Assembly: GCA_963717145.1 (NCBI GenBank)
Contig: OY970325.1
Coordinates: forward strand, 1,760,001 to 1,824,000
Direction: 5' to 3'
DNA from: an uncultured Armatimonadetes bacterium
Lineage (GTDB): Bacteria; Armatimonadota; UBA5829; DTJY01
Length of the DNA: 64,000 bases
Made by a program: the position numbers and the translations under genes. Below, in pieces: positions 39,327 to 48,233 of the stretch. Position 1 is the stretch's first letter. Every line of letters begins with the position of its first letter. Under the pieces are notes generated by a model. It worked only from the letters and a program-made list of their open reading frames with translations, was not told the origin of the DNA and ran no database searches.

Positions 39327-40877
39327 ATGAAGAAACAGACAATCACCACACCAACCACCGCCCAGGCGCTCGGGAGCCTGCTGAAGTCCGCGCGGGACAT
39401 CATGCGCAAGGATAGGGGGCTGAGCGGCGACGTTGACCGCCTTCCGCTGCTCACCTGGATCATGTTTCTCAAGTTCCTCGACGATCTGGAGATCGAACGG
39501 GAGCAGGGCGCGCTCCTCGGTGACAGGAAGTTCCACGCAGCAGTCGAACCGCCCTACCGCTGGCGGGATTGGGCCGACCGTCCGGACGGCATCACGGGCG
39601 ACGAACTGATCGGGTTCATGAACCAGGATGAGTGCATCCGCCCGGACGGCACGCGGGGGCCCGGCCTCTTCGCATACCTGCGCAGTCTTACCAGTTCGAA
39701 CGGCGACGACCGCCGCGACGTGATCGCCACTGTCTTCAAGGGCGTGGATAACCGCATGAAGAGCGGCTATCTGCTCCGCGATGTGATCAACAAGTTTGCA
39801 GGTGTCCACTTCACCTCCAGCGATGAACTCCATACGCTGGGCAGTCTTTACGAGTCGATGCTCCGAGAGATGCGCGACGCCGCCGGTGATTCCGGCGAGT
39901 TCTACACACCACGAGCCGTCGTTCGCTTCATGGTAGAGGTCACCGATCCCTGCCTGGGCGAGACTGTCCTGGACCCTGCATCCGGGACCGGAGGCTTTCT
40001 CGTGGAGGCGTTCAAGCATCTGAGTTCGCAGGTCAAGACGGTAGAGGATCGCAGGACGCTGCAGGAGCGCTCTCTTTTCGGAGGCGAGCCGAAGTCCCTG
40101 CCGTATCTGCTCTGTCAGATGAACCTTCTGCTTCACGGGCTCGACTCCCCACAGATCGATCCGGGCAACTCCTTGCGCTACAAGCTTACCGAGATCGGCG
40201 AGAAGGAGCGGGTGGACGTGATCGTCACCAATCCTCCCTTCGGTGGTGAGGAGGAGCGGGGGATTCAGGGCAACTTCCCGGACGACAAACGGACCTCCGA
40301 GACCGCTCTGCTCTTCCTCCAGCTTATCATGCGGAAACTGCGACGGCAGCCGAAGACTGGTTTCCCGCCCGCCCGCGCCGCCGTCGTTGTCCCGAACGGC
40401 ACTCTCTTCGGCGATGGTGTCTGCGCCCGGATTAAGGAGGACCTACTGAAGCAGTTCAACCTCCACACCATCGTCCGCCTGCCAAATGGTGTCTTTGCTC
40501 CTTACACCAGCATTCCCACGAACCTTCTCTTCTTCGACCGCTCCGGTCCGACGAAGGATGTATGGTATTACGAGCATCCGCTGCCCGAGGGAAGGAAGAA
40601 TTACACCAAGACCCAGCCGCTGCAGTTTGCGGAGTTCGCCGAATGCCAGGGCTGGTGGAACAACCGCGAGGAGAACGAGCAGGCGTGGAAGATCCCTGCC
40701 GCCGAACTGCTGGCGAGGAACTGCAACCTCGACTGCAAGAACCCTCGTGCCAAGCAAGATATCACCCACCTGCCTCCAGATGAACTTGCCGCGAGCATAC
40801 TGGAGAAGGAGCAGCGCATCGTGGACATCTTGGCCAAGATCCGAGTGCTCATCCCTAATGGAGCATCACACCAATGA
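39327..40877 (+). CDS. hsdM: Type I RM m6A DNA methyltransferase
   Basis: GEFYTPR, LDPASGTGGFL, TNPPFGG, IVRLP.GVF.PY; ATG 1 nt after the upstream stop. Confidence 0.95.
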   Translation: MKKQTITTPTTAQALGSLLKSARDIMRKDRGLSGDVDRLPLLTWIMFLKFLDDLEIEREQGALLGDRKFHAAVEPPYRWRDWADRPDGITGDELIGFMNQDECIRPDGTRGPGLFAYLRSLTSSNGDDRRDVIATVFKGVDNRMKSGYLLRDVINKFAGVHFTSSDELHTLGSLYESMLREMRDAAGDSGEFYTPRAVVRFMVEVTDPCLGETVLDPASGTGGFLVEAFKHLSSQVKTVEDRRTLQERSLFGGEPKSLPYLLCQMNLLLHGLDSPQIDPGNSLRYKLTEIGEKERVDVIVTNPPFGGEEERGIQGNFPDDKRTSETALLFLQLIMRKLRRQPKTGFPPARAAVVVPNGTLFGDGVCARIKEDLLKQFNLHTIVRLPNGVFAPYTSIPTNLLFFDRSGPTKDVWYYEHPLPEGRKNYTKTQPLQFAEFAECQGWWNNREENEQAWKIPAAELLARNCNLDCKNPRAKQDITHLPPDELAASILEKEQRIVDILAKIRVLIPNGASHQ

Positions 40878-42235
40878 ATCACTGGATTGCAGCCATGCCA
40901 TCACAGCAGGTTGTCTACTTTGCTGCCTGTGAGATGATCTACCGCGGGTTGGTTGCAGATGGTGTTCCGATTGAACCGCTAGGCGATCATTTCGATATCC
41001 TTGCAGGATATGCATTCAAGAGTTCGGACTATGCGTCTGAAGGAATTCGCCTTCTGCGCAATATCAATGTCAAGCCGGACCGAATCGACTGGGGTGAAGC
41101 TGCGTTCATATCGGCGGATGAGGCCGGGCAGTACGAACGCTTCCGTCTAGGGGCGGGCGACCTCGTCATGTCTATGGATGGCACAGTGAACAGACAAGGC
41201 ATCAAGATAGCTTTTCTTGCTGAGTCTGATTTGCCTGCATTGTTGCTTCAGCGGGTGTGCAGGTTCGATCCACTAGGTTCCGTAGAAAAGCGTTTCCTAT
41301 ATCATGTTCTTCACTCCGAGGACTTCCTCGAGCACCTAGACGATTCCAATCGAAGCATAGCGATCCCTCACGTATCCCCGGGACAACTGAAATCGTTTGG
41401 CATTCCCATCGCGGAACGGAGCACCCAGGTCGCAATCGCAGGTTTCCTCGACTCAGTCCGACATGCTATGCCTTCCAGCACTTGGCCAGCACTACCTCCG
41501 CCGTTGGCGGAACAGCGGCTGCTGGTGGCGCGGATCGAGGAACTGGCCACTCGAGTCCACGAGGCCGGCTTCCTCCGCCAGCAAGCGGCGGAGGAAGCCA
41601 ATGTGCTTCATGCGAAGATGTTGGAGTCCGTATTTGCGCCGTTTCTCAACGGCGCAAATACCGTCGGCGAACACTTTCGCGTAACCACAGGGGCAACCCC
41701 TTCACGTGCCAATCCGGCGTACTGGAATGGTGATATCAACTGGGTGAGTTCTGGAGACGTTGCTTTCTGCAGAATTCGAGGCACTTCCGAGAAGATCACC
41801 GGGCTGGGCCTTGACAACAGCAGTGCCAGAGTATATCGGCCGGGGACAGTATTGCTCGCCATGATAGGCCAAGGAAAGACCAGAGGCCAGTGCGCATTGC
41901 TCGACTGCCATGCTTGCACCAATCAGAACGTGGCAGCAATCCATGTCCATGAGACTGAGCATTCGGCCGAGTACGTCTATTGGTGGCTCTTCGCCAGTTA
42001 TCAGAGGAGCAGAGCCGTTGAGACTGGAACGGCCCAGCCAGCGTTGAGCGGAGAGCGTGTAAGACAGATGCGCATTCCTCTGCCTCCATTGTGCGAGCAG
42101 CACCGAATCGTGGAGGAGTTGGATGCGCTTCAGGCGCAGGTGGATGAGTTGAAGCGCCTGCAGGCCGAGACCGCTGCAGAACTCGACGCCCTGCTCCCCG
42201 CCATCCTGGACCGCGCGTTCAAGGGGGAGTTGTAG
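40874..42235 (+). CDS. hsdS: Type I RM specificity subunit
   Basis: Two TRDs (GYAFKS; GATPSR..YW) with conserved PPLAEQR and PLPPLCEQHRIV..LD; ends LDRAFKGEL; ATGA overlap with hsdM. Confidence 0.93.
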   Translation: MNHWIAAMPSQQVVYFAACEMIYRGLVADGVPIEPLGDHFDILAGYAFKSSDYASEGIRLLRNINVKPDRIDWGEAAFISADEAGQYERFRLGAGDLVMSMDGTVNRQGIKIAFLAESDLPALLLQRVCRFDPLGSVEKRFLYHVLHSEDFLEHLDDSNRSIAIPHVSPGQLKSFGIPIAERSTQVAIAGFLDSVRHAMPSSTWPALPPPLAEQRLLVARIEELATRVHEAGFLRQQAAEEANVLHAKMLESVFAPFLNGANTVGEHFRVTTGATPSRANPAYWNGDINWVSSGDVAFCRIRGTSEKITGLGLDNSSARVYRPGTVLLAMIGQGKTRGQCALLDCHACTNQNVAAIHVHETEHSAEYVYWWLFASYQRSRAVETGTAQPALSGERVRQMRIPLPPLCEQHRIVEELDALQAQVDELKRLQAETAAELDALLPAILDRAFKGEL

Positions 42236-42262
42236 ATATCGATACCCGGACGAGGAGCGAAA

Positions 42263-42914
42263 ATGCTGACACCTACTGAAAGGCTCGCAACCCTAATCGG
42301 GGCGCTCAAGCAGGCTCGGTTACCCAAAGGAATCCATAGCGACTGAATATCGGATAGGCAACATGAGCGCTGACTTGGCCGTGATTGACCCCGAAACCGA
42401 CGAACTGATAGCGTTGTTCGAAGTAATGGGACCGCTAGATGAAGGAGCGATGAACAAGGCTCGGGATCGAGTGCTGTCGTTTCTTGCAGATGTCGACAGT
42501 TGGTCCATCCCAGTCTATCTCACGTTCGTCCGAGAAGGGACACAAGGGACACTGCCATTGGAGTTCAGGGAGGTCGGACCGGGTGGCAGGCTCAGAGAGT
42601 CGCAAGACATCCCCGAGTTCACTGTTCTCGCACAGAGGAACCGGTCCGCACACAAGACGGAGACACGGGAGAAGAGGAAGCGCACTCTGACTACCTTCCA
42701 TTGGGTTTCGTGGTTATGCGCGCTTCTCGTGCTCGTGGTACTCCTGGCCGATATGTTCACCAGGGTCAAGATCTCTGAGAAGCAGTTGGTGGTTCTGGGT
42801 GTATTCGTGGCGTTGATACTCATCCCATATATGACGAGGATCAAGGTGGGCGAATGGCTGGAACTCGAACGACCTTCAGCGAAAGCTGAGGAGCCACCGT
42901 CTGAGGAAGGATAG
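42263..42914 (+). CDS. HsdR_N-like PD-(D/E)xK-fold domain fused to two TM helices; one extra base at about 42314
   Basis: GAGGAG-ATG 42263 gives MLTPTERLATLIGALKQ; the next frame gives LGYPKESIATEYRIGNMSADLAVIDP..IALFEV, then two hydrophobic helices. Confidence 0.6.
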
Positions 42915-42922
42915 GGCTGACA

Positions 42923-44305
42923 ATGGCAGACACAGAGGAGTCACTGATGGCCAAACGGCTGTTCGCCTATGAACACCCTGGGGCCACGCGGATCCGATGT
43001 ACCGGTACTCTTGCCCTGAAAGATGGAGAGGTAAGCGGGGTTTTTGAGGTCGTATTCCTGCTTCATCGAGGACCGGTGGTCGAGCTGCTGAACACGACCG
43101 TCAATCTGCAGACGCCCGTTGCCCTCTCGCTGGAGACTCTTGACGGTGCCAGCCTAGAGGCCGTCACTGACGAAGGGGAACGGGTTTGCTGTGACCGCCT
43201 GATGGCGGTGAGCCATAACTTCTCCTTTCCTAACCTGCAGTCCGAAGCCCTGTTCCTACCTCTGGAACCTGTGCGGATAGGGCACAAGGTCGAGGAAGAC
43301 GAACTGACGAGCATATGCTACCACATCACGAACTACTTCGGTCGCGATTTCGATTTGACTGCTGGGCCTATCATCGTCAGTTGCAGAGCATCTGAAACAC
43401 AGACCCAAGCTCAAAAATGGGCTGAGCAATGGAGACTACCTGTCGAGTCTGCCTCGCTGACTATTAGTGGCGAACTAGACCGACAGGAACGGGATTTGCT
43501 TGTTAGTAAGATATTCAGGTTGCTCTCGTTCCTGGAGGGACGCAGTGTCTCCTACGCGCGTTGCACGGAGACCGACGACTCCGGCAGGACTGCCGTGGTG
43601 TTTTCAGCAAGCCGAAGTGTGCCAATTCCAGCCGTGTACCAGGAGGTTCTGTGGATCACCAGCGCCCAGAGCGTACTGGAGGTGATCCTCCCCATGCTCC
43701 TTGGCCTCCATGAACAGCAGCAGGACCAGTTGCTACTCGCTGTCGCCTACCTGGTAGCGGCGAAGGGAGAAAGCAATATTCAGTCCACTACGATCGACCT
43801 CGCAGTGGTCTGGGAGGTGCTGGTGGACTTGATCGTGGGCGAGCCTGAACCTCTTTCACCGGAGGTCCAGGAACTGAGGAATGCCCTCAAAGCAGCTGTG
43901 ACGGCGTGGAGGAAGGATCACAAGGAGAAGGATCCACATGGTCTCATGGGGCAGAGGATCACCGATGCTCTGGAGCAGAACCCGTTTCTGGACGGCATGA
44001 AAGCAGTGCTGGCCAAGTACTCTCTCAGTGAGGCCAAGTTGGAGATCGACTTGAAGCTCTTCAAAGACGTGAGGGACAAGATAATCCACGAGGGGAGCTC
44101 TGCGTCTGTTCTACCTGATCCCGTCGATCATCTGCGGATGAACCAACATATCGCCTTTGCTGCGGATGTCGTGATCCTGCGATATCTGGGTTACCACGGG
44201 AAAGTATACGACCGAAGAGGAGTCGGTGGATCGAAACACGAGATCCAACTATCCCAGCTAGAGGTTCATGAGCAGATTGAGCAGATCACAGATCAAGGCG
44301 AATGA
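42923..44305 (+). CDS. HEPN-domain protein (ApeA-like architecture)
   Basis: Beta-rich N-terminal half; helical C-terminal half with WEVL and RDKIIH (Rx4H). Confidence 0.7.
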   Translation: MADTEESLMAKRLFAYEHPGATRIRCTGTLALKDGEVSGVFEVVFLLHRGPVVELLNTTVNLQTPVALSLETLDGASLEAVTDEGERVCCDRLMAVSHNFSFPNLQSEALFLPLEPVRIGHKVEEDELTSICYHITNYFGRDFDLTAGPIIVSCRASETQTQAQKWAEQWRLPVESASLTISGELDRQERDLLVSKIFRLLSFLEGRSVSYARCTETDDSGRTAVVFSASRSVPIPAVYQEVLWITSAQSVLEVILPMLLGLHEQQQDQLLLAVAYLVAAKGESNIQSTTIDLAVVWEVLVDLIVGEPEPLSPEVQELRNALKAAVTAWRKDHKEKDPHGLMGQRITDALEQNPFLDGMKAVLAKYSLSEAKLEIDLKLFKDVRDKIIHEGSSASVLPDPVDHLRMNQHIAFAADVVILRYLGYHGKVYDRRGVGGSKHEIQLSQLEVHEQIEQITDQGE

Positions 44306-44329
44306 TTCGAGAGGGAAAGGATATCCGGC

Positions 44330-45346
44330 ATGGCAAACAACGAGACATTCCTTTGGTGTGTACGGGCCGGGGCGGCCGGACAGGTGGACAGCGTCTTCCT
44401 GAAGCAGAACCTGCTGGCGATCGGCTGGCCGGATGTCGGCGATCTGAAAGAGATCGGCCACGACCGAGAGGCGCTCAAGAAAGCGCTGGTGCAGGCGTAC
44501 CCGGACAGGAAGGCCGGCGCGATCCCCGGCGATGCGGGGATGCTCTACCGATTCGTCCACGAGATGAAGGAGGGCGATCCGGTCATCTACCCTTCGAAGG
44601 TTGACGGTATGCTCCACCTCGGGCGCATCGCCGGTGCATACCGGCATGACCGGAAGATCAGCGCCGAGTTCCCCAACCTGCGCCCGGTCAAATGGGTCAA
44701 GGCGGTTCCGCGGACGATCTTCAGCAAGGCTGCACTCTATGAATCCAACTCCACCTTGACGCTCTTTCAGATAAGGCAGTATGCCGGTGAGTTCTTCGCC
44801 GCAATGAAGGGCGAGAAGCCGACCGAAGGTCCTGAAGAGCCAGGCGAGTTCGTGGCCGAACAGATCGAGCAGACCACTCGCGACTTCATCCTCAAGACGC
44901 TCTCCAGAGAATTGAAGGGGCATGCGATGGCGCACTTTGTCGGCCAACTCCTGGAGGTCATGGGCTATCAAGCGAGAGTCTCACCTCCTGGAACTGACGG
45001 GGGAATTGACATCATCGCCCACAAGGACGAACTGGGATTCGAACCGCCGATCATCAAGGCGCAGGTCAAGAGCAGTTCAGAGAGTGTAGGCGCTCCGGCA
45101 GTGCAGGCGCTCTTCGGCAATCTTGGCACGAACGAATCAGCGCTCTTCGTCACTCTCGGAACGTTCACCCCACCAGCCAGGTCCTTCGCTCAGGGGAAAA
45201 GCAAGCTCCGACTGATTGACGGAACGGAGCTTGTCAATCTGGTTCTCGAGCACTACGAGGATTTCGATTCGCGATACAAGGGCCTTATCCCGCTCCGCAA
45301 GGTCTATGTCCCTGAACCGCTCGACGCCACCGGTGAGTCGCTCTAG
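44330..45346 (+). CDS. mrr: Mrr-family type IV restriction endonuclease
   Basis: WCVRAG..IGW N-domain; LLEVMGY, DGGIDIIA..AQVK, FVTLGTFT..A, LIDG.EL. Confidence 0.9.
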   Translation: MANNETFLWCVRAGAAGQVDSVFLKQNLLAIGWPDVGDLKEIGHDREALKKALVQAYPDRKAGAIPGDAGMLYRFVHEMKEGDPVIYPSKVDGMLHLGRIAGAYRHDRKISAEFPNLRPVKWVKAVPRTIFSKAALYESNSTLTLFQIRQYAGEFFAAMKGEKPTEGPEEPGEFVAEQIEQTTRDFILKTLSRELKGHAMAHFVGQLLEVMGYQARVSPPGTDGGIDIIAHKDELGFEPPIIKAQVKSSSESVGAPAVQALFGNLGTNESALFVTLGTFTPPARSFAQGKSKLRLIDGTELVNLVLEHYEDFDSRYKGLIPLRKVYVPEPLDATGESL

Positions 45347-45382
45347 CGGATATCCCCTCTGGGAGAATGGTCTCGGGCTGTT

Positions 45383-45668
45383 AGCCGGAGACGACTTGTC
45401 TATAGAAGTATGACCACCGGGAGTCAGCCGGAGACGACTTGTCTATAGAAGTATGACCACCGGGAGTCAGCCGGAGACGACTTGTCTGTAGAAGTATGAC
45501 CACCGGGAGCTAGCCGGAGACGATACTTCTATGGAAGTATGACCACCGGGAGTCAGCCGGAGACGATACTTCTATAGAAGTATGACCACCGGGAGTCAGC
45601 CGAAGACGATACTTCTATGGAAGTATGACCACCGGGAGCTAGCCGGAGACGACTTGTCTGTAGAAGTA
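45383..45668. repeat. 43-bp tandem array (6 full + 1 partial units)
   Basis: Units start at 45383, 45426, 45469, 45512, 45555, 45598 and 45641; consensus agccggagacga(cttg/tact)tctatagaagtatgaccaccgggagtc. Confidence 0.95.
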
Positions 45669-45675
45669 CGACGGG

Positions 45676-45843
45676 TGTCATTCTGAGCGTAAGAAAGAAA
45701 CTCCCAACTGGGTGGGCGGGCGGGTACAAACTCCGGATGCGGCGGCCGTTCCCGGAGTTTGTACCCGCCCGCCCACCCAGTTGGGAGTTTCTTTCTGGCC
45801 GAAACAACTGCGAGACAGGCGCAGTGACGTGCTCAGACTGACA
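45676..45843. repeat. Palindromic element copy 2, nested in TGTCATTCTGAGC ends
   Basis: tgtcattctgagc...[arms as at 30019]...gctcagactgaca. Confidence 0.92.
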
Positions 45844-45985
45844 CGAATGATCCGGGCTGGTCCTGAGTATGCCGGTTCCCCTGTTCGGGCTGGAGTTGTA
45901 CTCCAGCCCGCGGTGCTCACTGCGGAGTTGCGCTCCGCGCCTCCGCGCACCCGGCGGAGCGGGAGTACAACTCCCCGATCGTCAC

Positions 45986-46179
45986 GCGTGCCGGAGTGCA
46001 ACTCCGGCACGAACGAGGGGGTTATGCGTGCCGGAGTGCAACTCCGGCACGAACGAGGGGGTTATGCGTGCCGGAGTGCAACTCCGGCACGAACGAGGGG
46101 GTCATGCGTACCGGAGTGCAACTCCGGCACGAACGAGGGGGTCATGCGTACCGGAGTGCAACTCCGGCACGAACGAGGG
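45986..46179. repeat. 40-bp tandem hairpin array (5 units)
   Basis: gcgt(g/a)ccggagtgcaactccggcacgaacgagggggt(t/c)at at 45986, 46026, 46066, 46106 and 46146. Confidence 0.95.
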
Positions 46180-46191
46180 AATGCGGAATGG

Positions 46192-47325
46192 CTACTGATC
46201 GGGGCAGGAGTCCTCGGGGGAGTCGGCGATGACGACGATGTCGACGTTGTGGGTGTCGCGCATGATCTTGTTGATGATCGAGCCGCGGAAGACCTCTTCC
46301 CATCGGCTGCGGGCGGACTGGCCCATCACGATGAGAGTCGCGCCGCTGTGGTTCACGTAGTCGATGATCTCGCCCGCGATGGAGTCGCCCTGAAGCTCGA
46401 CGATCTTGCCGCCGAGATTCCTGGTGAGGTCGTAGACCTCCTCCAGCAGCCGCTCCTCCTTCTTGCTGAGAGTCGCGCCGGGAGTCCTGACGTAGACGCA
46501 CGAGAACTCGCCCTGTGTCCGCCGCGCGAGCCTGTATCCCCGCCGGATCAGCCTGCATGACAGCGTGCGAGGCCTCACCGCCACCACCACATTCTCGCGC
46601 GCAACCTTACCCTGCCCCATGGCGTGATCGTCCATGTAGTGATGGAGCTGCTCATCCACTTCGTCGGCGGTCACGCGGAGGGCCAACTCACGCAGGGCGA
46701 CGATGTTCCCCTTGCGGAAGAAGTTCGCCAGCGCCTGGGAGATCTTCTCCGTGTGGTAGATGTCCCCGCGCTTGAGACGGTTGATCAGCGCCTCGGGAGT
46801 CAGATCGACAAGCTCGACCTCATCGGCCTCATCGACGACGGCATCCGGGACGGTCTCCCGCACCCTGACGCCGGTGATCTCGTGGACGACATCATTGAGG
46901 CTTTCGAGGTGCTGAACGTTGACCGTCGAGATGACGTTGATGCCCGCGTCGCGGATCTCCTCGACACTCTGCCAGCGCTTGGGATGGACGGTCCCGGGGA
47001 TGTTGGTATGAGCAAGTTCGTCCACCAGCACCCACTCCGGTCGGCGGGCGATCACGGCGGCGGTATCGAGTTCCTGAAACACCTTGTCTCGGTACTCGAT
47101 CCGCTTCTGGGGGACCTGCTCGAGGCCTTCGAGGAGGGCCGCCGTCGCGGGGCGTCCGTGAGTCTCGACGAAGCCGACGACGATGTCCTCTCCGCGCTGG
47201 AATCGCCGGCGCGCCTCGGAGAGCATCTTGTAGGTCTTCCCGACGCCGGGCACCGCGCCGAGGAATACCTTCAGGCGTCCTCGTTTGTGCTCCGCATGGC
47301 TCTCGACTTCTGTGTTGTCGGTCAT
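46192..47325 (-). CDS. kdpD: Truncated-type KdpD (N-terminal sensor + USP; no TM or kinase domain)
   Basis: RGRLKVFLGAVPGVGKTY.ML, LVDELAHTN, TVNVQHLESLND, LRELALR; USP IVMGQS..RW...GSI. Confidence 0.9.
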   Translation of the reverse strand: MTDNTEVESHAEHKRGRLKVFLGAVPGVGKTYKMLSEARRRFQRGEDIVVGFVETHGRPATAALLEGLEQVPQKRIEYRDKVFQELDTAAVIARRPEWVLVDELAHTNIPGTVHPKRWQSVEEIRDAGINVISTVNVQHLESLNDVVHEITGVRVRETVPDAVVDEADEVELVDLTPEALINRLKRGDIYHTEKISQALANFFRKGNIVALRELALRVTADEVDEQLHHYMDDHAMGQGKVARENVVVAVRPRTLSCRLIRRGYRLARRTQGEFSCVYVRTPGATLSKKEERLLEEVYDLTRNLGGKIVELQGDSIAGEIIDYVNHSGATLIVMGQSARSRWEEVFRGSIINKIMRDTHNVDIVVIADSPEDSCPDQ

Positions 47326-47355
47326 CTTGCCTCAGCCTTCTCCCTGCCGACAGAG

Positions 47356-47488
47356 CACACCGTCAGTCCTGAGTGCGAACAACCCCGTCAGTCCTAAGTG
47401 CGCCTCTGGGCGTGTATCGAAGGACGGCTCACTGCGCCCAGCCGTCCTTCGATACACGCCCAGAGGCGCACTCAGGACTGACGGTGTG
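47356..47488. repeat. REP-like palindrome (CCGTCAGTCCTGAG family) with partly duplicated left end
   Basis: ccgtcagtcctaagtgcgcctctgggcgtgtatcgaaggacggct...agccgtccttcgatacacgcccagaggcgcactcaggactgacgg. Confidence 0.9.
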
Positions 47489-47522
47489 GGCTTTGTCAGG
47501 AACGAAGCAAGGAATGATAGCA

Positions 47523-48122
47523 TCACTGGGGGAACAACTCCTTTTCCATACCTCCAGCCTCATCCAGTGCCAGGTTGAGTTGCAGGACATTGACGCGCGG
47601 CTCGCCAAGTATGCCGAACTGCCGGCGAGTGACGTTACGTTCGATCAGTGCCCTCACCCTGGCGGTGGGGATACTTCTTGCCACGGCGATCCGTTTGGCC
47701 TGCGCAAATGCGTTGGCCGGCGAGATGTCGGGATCGAGGCCGCTCGCGGATGTCGTGACCATGTCGATCGGTATCTTCCCGATCTTCAGTCCCGGATTCT
47801 CGGCGAGAACGGTCCGCACATTCGCCTTGACGTTCTCCGTCAGCTTACGACTCGTCGGCCCGAGGTTCGATCCGCCCGAAGCCATCGCATCATATCCCGT
47901 TCCGGCGGCGGATGGACGCGGATGGAAGTACTCAGGCCGGGTGAACTGCTGGCCGATGAGTTGCGAACCGATCACCTGTCCATCCCGAACGATCATCGAG
48001 CCGCGCGCCTGCCTGGGGAAGATCAACTGCGCCAGGCCCGTCACCGCCAGCGGGTAGATCACTCCGAGCAGGATCGTGCATATGACCAGCAGCTTCACGG
48101 CTATGATAGCATGTTTTCCCAT
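47523..48122 (-). CDS. kdpC: K+-transporting ATPase C subunit
   Basis: GVIYPL, GSQLIGQQF..YFHPRPSA, SGGSNLGP, SASGLDPDIS, VNVLQLNLALD. Confidence 0.96.
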   Translation of the reverse strand: MGKHAIIAVKLLVICTILLGVIYPLAVTGLAQLIFPRQARGSMIVRDGQVIGSQLIGQQFTRPEYFHPRPSAAGTGYDAMASGGSNLGPTSRKLTENVKANVRTVLAENPGLKIGKIPIDMVTTSASGLDPDISPANAFAQAKRIAVARSIPTARVRALIERNVTRRQFGILGEPRVNVLQLNLALDEAGGMEKELFPQ

Positions 48123-48145
48123 ATTGTCATCCTCTTACCTCGGCG

Positions 48146-48233
48146 CTTGATACTGGGTGGGTGGGCGGGTACAAACTCCGGTGTCGGGGTGATGCCCCCG
48201 GAGTTTGTACCCGCCCACCCACCCAGTATCAAG
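48146..48233. repeat. Third member of the GGGTACAAACTCCGG palindrome family
   Basis: cttgatactgggtgggtgggcgggtacaaactccgg...ccggagtttgtacccgcccacccacccagtatcaag. Confidence 0.9.

Noticed and set aside
45555-45597. loxP/FRT-like recombination site in the 43-bp unit
   Set aside because: The resemblance is superficial: no 13-8-13 architecture and no recombinase nearby.
45383-46179. CRISPR array interpretation of the 43-bp and 40-bp repeats
   Set aside because: Units are head to tail with no unique spacers, and there are no cas genes in the window.
45553-46560. ORFs spanning the repeat arrays
   Set aside because: They are translations of non-triplet tandem repeats and palindromes with no coding signature.
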